This document shows positions 22,931 to 27,284 of a stretch of DNA of 27,284 nucleotides, piece by piece; position 1 is the first letter of the stretch, and each line of letters starts with the position of its first letter. The stretch is from positions 1-27,284 of the forward strand of contig JBMNQG010000026.1 of NCBI GenBank assembly GCA_050944015.1, given 5' to 3'. The stretch comes from Oscillospiraceae bacterium (GTDB lineage: Bacteria > Bacillota > Clostridia > Oscillospirales > Oscillospiraceae). Under the pieces are notes generated by a model. That model saw only the letters and a list, made by a program, of their open reading frames with translations, searched no databases and was not told the DNA's origin. Both the position numbers and the translations under genes were made by a program.

Positions 22931-24898
22931 TTAGATAATGTCGTAGGCTGCGAACATTCCGTCCCGGACCGCTTGGAGTATCCTGGCGGGCTTTTTGCAG
23001 TCGCCTATAAAGCGGGTATTGGGGTGGGCCTTTAGAAGCTCGTGGAACTCTGCGGTTTTCGCCTTCATGCCCACGGCGTACAGGATGGTGTCGGCCTCGT
23101 AGACGATTTCGGTGCCGTCCTTATCCAACACGGTGACGCTGTTGGGCTTCACTTCGGTGCATCTGACCCCGCATTTGATATGTACGGTGTCGGGCATGAA
23201 CAGGTCTATGGCCTCCCGGTGGCTGAGATAGGCGTCTCTGGCGTAGTCGTCCAGCATTTCAATTATCTGAACCTCGCAGCCCTGGGCCTCCGCCAGGTGC
23301 ATGCTGCATTCCACGCCGATAAGGCCGCCGCCTATCATTACCACTTTCTTGCCTATCTTGTCGGGGTCGGAGTAGGCGTACATGGCGTGGTGTGCGTACT
23401 CGCGGATTCCCGGGATGGGGGGCACCGCAGGTTCAGAGCCTATGGCTATGATAACGGCGTCGGGGTTGTATTCCCTGATTGTGTCAGCCGTGGCGGTAAT
23501 ACCCGTGACCACGTTCACGCCGGCCCTGTGGACTCTCGTAATGAGGCTGTCCCTGTACCTGCGCAGGTCTTCCTTGTGGCAGTCCACGTCCGTAAACCAC
23601 AGCAGGCCGCCCAAGCGGTTTTCCTTCTCCAAAAGGGTGACGTTGTGGCCCCGCTCCGCCGCGGTAATGGCCGCGTACATTCCGCCGGGCCCTCCGCCTA
23701 CAACCAGCACGTTCCTCTTTTTCTTCACCGGCGGAGCCCACTGCATCCTAAGTTCCCGCATGGAGTAGGGGTTAACGGTGCACTGGAAGGGCTCGGCATA
23801 GGGACGCTTGTTCGGGTCCGGCTCCAGGGGGTTGAAGCAGGAGCAGCGCAGGCAGGGGGCAATTTCGTCCTCCCGGCCTTCGGCCACCTTGTTCACAAAC
23901 TGCGGGTCGGCCAGCATCTGACGGCCCAGCGCCACAAAGTCGCACTTGCCCGAGGCGATTGCGTCTTCAATCTGCTGGGGATGGTTGAAGCCGCCGACGG
24001 CCACCACCGGGATTTTCACGGCCTTCTTTATCTTCTCGGCCAGGTCCAGGTTGCAGCCGTGGGGGTGGAACATGGACGAAAAGGCCTTGGAGGCCACGTG
24101 GTTGTGGTAAAGCCCGCTGGTGACGTGAATCAGGTCCACCTTGTCCTGAATCAGCTTTGCAAATTCGCAGCATTCGTCAATCTCAAGGCCGCCGGGCACG
24201 CGCTCGGAGCCGGAGAGACGGTACTCTATAAGGAGGTTGGGACATCTCTGGCGGATGCGGTCCAGAACCATGATGGGGAACCTGACCCTGTTTTCCATGC
24301 TGCCGCCGTACTTGTCCTTCCGGTGGTTTGTAAGGGGGGAGACAAACTGGCCCAGAAGCCAGCCGTGACCGCCGTGAATCATAATCATGTCAAATCCGGC
24401 CAGGTGGGCTGTTTCTGCGGCGATAGCGAAGAGCTCCGCCACCTCTTCCATGTCTTCCTCCGTCATCTCCTCAACCACAACCCCGTCTTCCCTGACGAAG
24501 CCGGAAGGACCTATGGGGTTCCTGCCGCTGGGGATGGCGGAGGGGTGGTTCACGTTTCCAACGTGATTGAACTGCACGCTGGCCACAGCCCCGTGGGCCT
24601 TGATGCTCTCTGCCAGGGTAAAGAGAGATTCCAGATGCCGTACCGACAGGTCGTTGCTCACGAAGTCGATGCTGTGGTCGTGCCTGGCGCCCCTGTCAAA
24701 GTCCACAAAAGTCTCGGTAACGGTGACGGCCGCCACTCCGCCCCGGGCTCTGGTCTCATAACCGTCGATGCACTCGTCGGTGGGGCAGCCACGGTCGTCC
24801 ACCGTGCGGGCCGTGGTCATTGGGGACGACATAACGCGGTTTTTGAAGGTCACGCCCCTGATGGTCATGGGCGAGAACATATGGGGATACTTGTTCAT
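22931..24898 (-). CDS. NADH:flavin oxidoreductase of the OYE-FMN / Fe-S / FAD-NAD(P) two-domain type (2,4-dienoyl-CoA reductase or enoate reductase-like)
   Basis: 655 aa. It has an N-terminal old-yellow-enzyme TIM barrel (FKNRVMSSPM, HGGHGWLLGQF), a Cys cluster (CLRCSC) and a C-terminal Rossmann domain (VLVVGGGPGGMYAA). The substrate cannot be inferred from sequence. Confidence 0.85.
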   Translation of the reverse strand: MNKYPHMFSPMTIRGVTFKNRVMSSPMTTARTVDDRGCPTDECIDGYETRARGGVAAVTVTETFVDFDRGARHDHSIDFVSNDLSVRHLESLFTLAESIKAHGAVASVQFNHVGNVNHPSAIPSGRNPIGPSGFVREDGVVVEEMTEEDMEEVAELFAIAAETAHLAGFDMIMIHGGHGWLLGQFVSPLTNHRKDKYGGSMENRVRFPIMVLDRIRQRCPNLLIEYRLSGSERVPGGLEIDECCEFAKLIQDKVDLIHVTSGLYHNHVASKAFSSMFHPHGCNLDLAEKIKKAVKIPVVAVGGFNHPQQIEDAIASGKCDFVALGRQMLADPQFVNKVAEGREDEIAPCLRCSCFNPLEPDPNKRPYAEPFQCTVNPYSMRELRMQWAPPVKKKRNVLVVGGGPGGMYAAITAAERGHNVTLLEKENRLGGLLWFTDVDCHKEDLRRYRDSLITRVHRAGVNVVTGITATADTIREYNPDAVIIAIGSEPAVPPIPGIREYAHHAMYAYSDPDKIGKKVVMIGGGLIGVECSMHLAEAQGCEVQIIEMLDDYARDAYLSHREAIDLFMPDTVHIKCGVRCTEVKPNSVTVLDKDGTEIVYEADTILYAVGMKAKTAEFHELLKAHPNTRFIGDCKKPARILQAVRDGMFAAYDII

Positions 24899-24948
24899 CT
24901 CAAATCTCCTCTCCGCTCCGTGTTTGTACGGAATTTGTCTTTATGTAT

Positions 24949-24969
24949 GTGTGTTACAGTATAACACAC
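24949..24969. promoter_or_regulatory. Inverted repeat GTGTGTTA-N5-TAACACAC upstream of the oxidoreductase gene (candidate operator)
   Basis: Perfect 8-bp arms lie about 50 nt upstream of the ATG at 24898 and downstream of the HxlR-family gene. Confidence 0.35.
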
Positions 24970-25024
24970 CTGAAATTCCCTGAGAAGATCGCACATACAG
25001 GTAGGTTACTTACCTGGAGGTAAG

Positions 25025-25459
25025 CTACTTCTTGAAGGGGGCCTCCATGGCCTTTTCGTCCCTTTCCCTGTAGCCATGCCACATTTCTCCTATGGGGTCA
25101 ATGGGCAGGCCCCGGCGCTTCATCTCTTTCCAGCCCCAGTGATAAATGGCCTCCAGTATGGGGCATACGGAGCGGCCCAGCTCCGTCAGCTTGTACTCCA
25201 CCCGGGGCGGCACTTCCGGATACACCGTGCGGGTGATGAGCCCGTCGGCCTCCAGCTCCCTCAGGTTTTCCGTAAGCACCTTTTCCGTAATGGGAAGCTG
25301 CTTTGTAAACCTGTTGAACCGGGTGGCCTCGTCAAAGCCTATCGCCATTATAAGGAAGGGTTTCCACCGGGTGCAGAAAGCCTTTATGGCAAAATTGTAC
25401 GGGTCCCCCTTAAAGAACAGCTCAACTTTGCCCGGAGATTCATTTTTTTCTTTCCCCAC
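25025..25459 (-). CDS. HxlR-family winged-helix transcriptional regulator
   Basis: The core RWKPFLIMAIG...RFNRFTKQLPITEKVLTENLRELEADGLITRTVYPEVPPRVEYKLTELG is typical of HxlR. The GTG start at 25459 is preceded by GGAGGTGA. Confidence 0.85.
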   Translation of the reverse strand: MGKEKNESPGKVELFFKGDPYNFAIKAFCTRWKPFLIMAIGFDEATRFNRFTKQLPITEKVLTENLRELEADGLITRTVYPEVPPRVEYKLTELGRSVCPILEAIYHWGWKEMKRRGLPIDPIGEMWHGYRERDEKAMEAPFKK

Positions 25460-25523
25460 CGGCTGTCACCTCCAGATATTTTTTGAAGCTCCTTAACCTG
25501 TTGGATAATCTGAATGTATTATT

Positions 25524-25958
25524 TTATAAAAACTTGTCCCTTTCCGCCACGGCCAGCCTGTCGCAGCGGTTGTTGTATTCATTTTCTGCGTGGCCCTTCA
25601 CCCAGTTAACGGTGACCTTGTGCTTTTGCAGGAGCCTGTCAAGCTCCTTCCACAAATCTATGTTTTTCAGCTCCCCGTCCTTGCGCTTCCAGCCCTTCTG
25701 CTTCCAAGACTCTATCCATCCCTCGTTTATGGCCCTGGATATATACTGGGAGTCCGTAAAAAGCTGCACTTCGCAGGGCTCCTTGAGCGCCGACAGGGCG
25801 TTAATTACGCCCAACAGTTCCATGCGGTTGTTGGTTGTCTCGGCTTCGCCGCCGGACATTTCCCTTTCCTTGTCCTTATAGCGGAGTATGGCGCCCCAGC
25901 CGCCGGGGCCCGGATTTCCGGAACAGGCCCCGTCGGTGTAAATAGTTACCTTTTTCAT
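25524..25958 (-). CDS. rnhA: Ribonuclease HI
   Basis: 144 aa: [20 protein letters not shown]...TNNRMEL...TDSQY...[17 protein letters not shown] contains the DEDD catalytic residues in the canonical context. Confidence 0.93.
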   Translation of the reverse strand: MKKVTIYTDGACSGNPGPGGWGAILRYKDKEREMSGGEAETTNNRMELLGVINALSALKEPCEVQLFTDSQYISRAINEGWIESWKQKGWKRKDGELKNIDLWKELDRLLQKHKVTVNWVKGHAENEYNNRCDRLAVAERDKFL

Positions 25959-25994
25959 TCCTATACCTCTTTCAGACCGTATTGGGGTACGGGA

Positions 25995-27284
25995 CTACTC
26001 GGCCGTTTCCTCGGCGTCCTCCGCTTCCTCTTTTTCCGTGGTGGCAATGGAGATAACCTTGGCGCCCTCGTTCAGCTTCATGATGCGGACGCCCTGGGTA
26101 TCCCTCTTGTATATGCTGATGCTTTCTGCGGCCATGCGGATAATGGTCCCGTCGTCGGAAATGACAAGGACGTCGTCGCTGTCGTCCACCAGCTTGACGT
26201 CGGCCACCTTGCCCGTCTTTTCGGTGACGTTATAGCTTTTAAGGCCGAAGCCGCCCCTGCGCTGAGGCTGGCGCTCGGAATCTTCGCCGCCCCTCAAATA
26301 CTCCTCCACAGGGGTGCGCTTGCCGTAGCCGTTCTCGGTGACGGAAAGCAGGCAGCTTCCCTCCCGGGCTTTGACTGCCCCAACGCAGTAGTCGCCGGGG
26401 CGCAGGCGTATGCCGCGGACTCCCACGGCGTCCCGGCCCATGGGGCGGACGTCGTTTTCGCTGAAGCAGATGGCGTAGCCGTCGTGGGTGGCGATTATGA
26501 TGTTCTGATTTCCGTCCGTCTGGTGCACGCTTATCAGCTCGTCCCCTTCCTCCAGCGTCAGGGCGCGTATGCCTACGTTGCGAATGTTCTTCAGGGCGGA
26601 AATGGGCAAGCGCTTCACTGTGCCGTTCCTCGTCACCATGAACAGGTACTTGTCTTTTTCGGGAATGCCCCTGGAATGTATCATGGCGTTGACCCGCTCG
26701 CCCTGCTCGATGGGCAAAAGGTTAATGATATTCGTGCCCTTCGCGGCCCGGCCCGCCGCGGGGATGAGGTAGCCCTTCTTCTTATATACCCGGCCCCTGT
26801 CCGTAAAGAACAGTATGTTGTCGTGGGTGGAGGCGGTGAAGACGGTTTCCACGTAGTCCTCCTCCCGGGTGGCCATTGCCTTGACCCCGCGGCCGCCCCG
26901 GCGCTGGGCGGAGTATTCCGATGCGGGAACCCGCTTGATGTAGCCCGCACGGGTCAGGGTATAGACGCATTCCTCCTCGTCAATCAGGTCTTCAATGTCT
27001 ATTTCATTTTCCACCGCCGCTATTTCCGTGCGGCGCTCGTCGCCGTACTTTTCTTTAATCTCCTCCAGCTCAGAAATCAGGACTTCCTTTATGGCTTCTT
27101 CGTCAGAGAGAAGACTGTCGTAATATGCAATTTTTTTCAAAAACTCCTGATATTCCGCCTCTATCTTTTCCCGCTCCAGGCGCTGCAGGCGGCGCAACTG
27201 CATGTCCAATATGGCCTGGGCCTGGACTTCGGAAAGACCGAAACGGTTCATGAGCCGTTCCTTGGCGTCGTCGTAGCTGCTGCG
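25995..27284 (-). CDS. gyrA: DNA gyrase subunit A, C-terminal part (5' end lies beyond the window)
   Basis: The frame stays open to the window edge. LSEVQAQAILDMQLRRLQRLEREKI is followed by beta-pinwheel repeats, a GyrA-box-like QRRGGRG and an acidic tail. Confidence 0.93.
   Translation of the reverse strand, partial: RSSYDDAKERLMNRFGLSEVQAQAILDMQLRRLQRLEREKIEAEYQEFLKKIAYYDSLLSDEEAIKEVLISELEEIKEKYGDERRTEIAAVENEIDIEDLIDEEECVYTLTRAGYIKRVPASEYSAQRRGGRGVKAMATREEDYVETVFTASTHDNILFFTDRGRVYKKKGYLIPAAGRAAKGTNIINLLPIEQGERVNAMIHSRGIPEKDKYLFMVTRNGTVKRLPISALKNIRNVGIRALTLEEGDELISVHQTDGNQNIIIATHDGYAICFSENDVRPMGRDAVGVRGIRLRPGDYCVGAVKAREGSCLLSVTENGYGKRTPVEEYLRGGEDSERQPQRRGGFGLKSYNVTEKTGKVADVKLVDDSDDVLVISDDGTIIRMAAESISIYKRDTQGVRIMKLNEGAKVISIATTEKEEAEDAEETAE

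Noticed and set aside
23042-24964. A 640-aa ORF antisense to the flavin oxidoreductase gene. Similar long antisense ORFs occur at 8403-9803, 19014-20411, 15307-16266, 10279-11076, 12941-13630, 4522-5400 and 516-1139.
   Set aside because: These are shadow ORFs typical of GC-rich coding DNA. Their translations are Gly/Arg/Pro/His/Val-rich low-complexity sequences with no recognisable motifs. Each overlaps a strongly supported gene on the other strand.

Overview
GC-rich chromosomal window whose gene content and order look like a Bacillota (Clostridia-type) core housekeeping region. I found no transposase, integrase, cas, toxin or defence genes, and no tRNA or rRNA genes. On the minus strand, reading right to left: gyrA (partial, runs off the right edge), rnhA, an HxlR-family regulator, an OYE/FAD enoate-reductase-like flavoenzyme, then miaB-mutS-CPBP protease-small ORF, serS, and mscL-hypothetical-ridA. 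On the plus strand: mutL (divergent from miaB), a small ORF coupled to miaA, hfq, a HlyD-like membrane protein, yggS-sepF-divIVA, and ileS-lspA-rluD. degV lies on the minus strand, convergent with mutL. This matches the classical miaB/mutSL/miaA/hfq neighbourhood and the ylmE-sepF-divIVA-ileS-lspA-rluD tail of the division cluster. The only part I cannot assign to a family I recognise is non-coding. A hairpin-rich repeat of about 200 nt ('B-core') occurs five times in the first 10.2 kb and not at all in the remaining 17 kb. It always sits at operon boundaries. Its stems are invariant, its loops vary, and one stem position shows a base-pair substitution series. Twice it is fused to a second module of about 210 nt ('A'), forming a tandem unit of about 445 bp between serS and the mutS operon. 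One copy sits in the miaB/mutL divergent region. Promoter-like and weak terminator-like signals inside the element suggest it could be a multi-copy structured ncRNA gene or leader, but a non-autonomous REP/MITE-like DNA element is equally possible. I cannot decide between these, or establish novelty, without database and transcriptome searches. The other observations are minor: serS and ileS lack a T-box leader, several genes are translationally coupled, and LspA has a C-terminal extension. All calls rest on reading the sequence and ORF translations by eye, with no homology search run.
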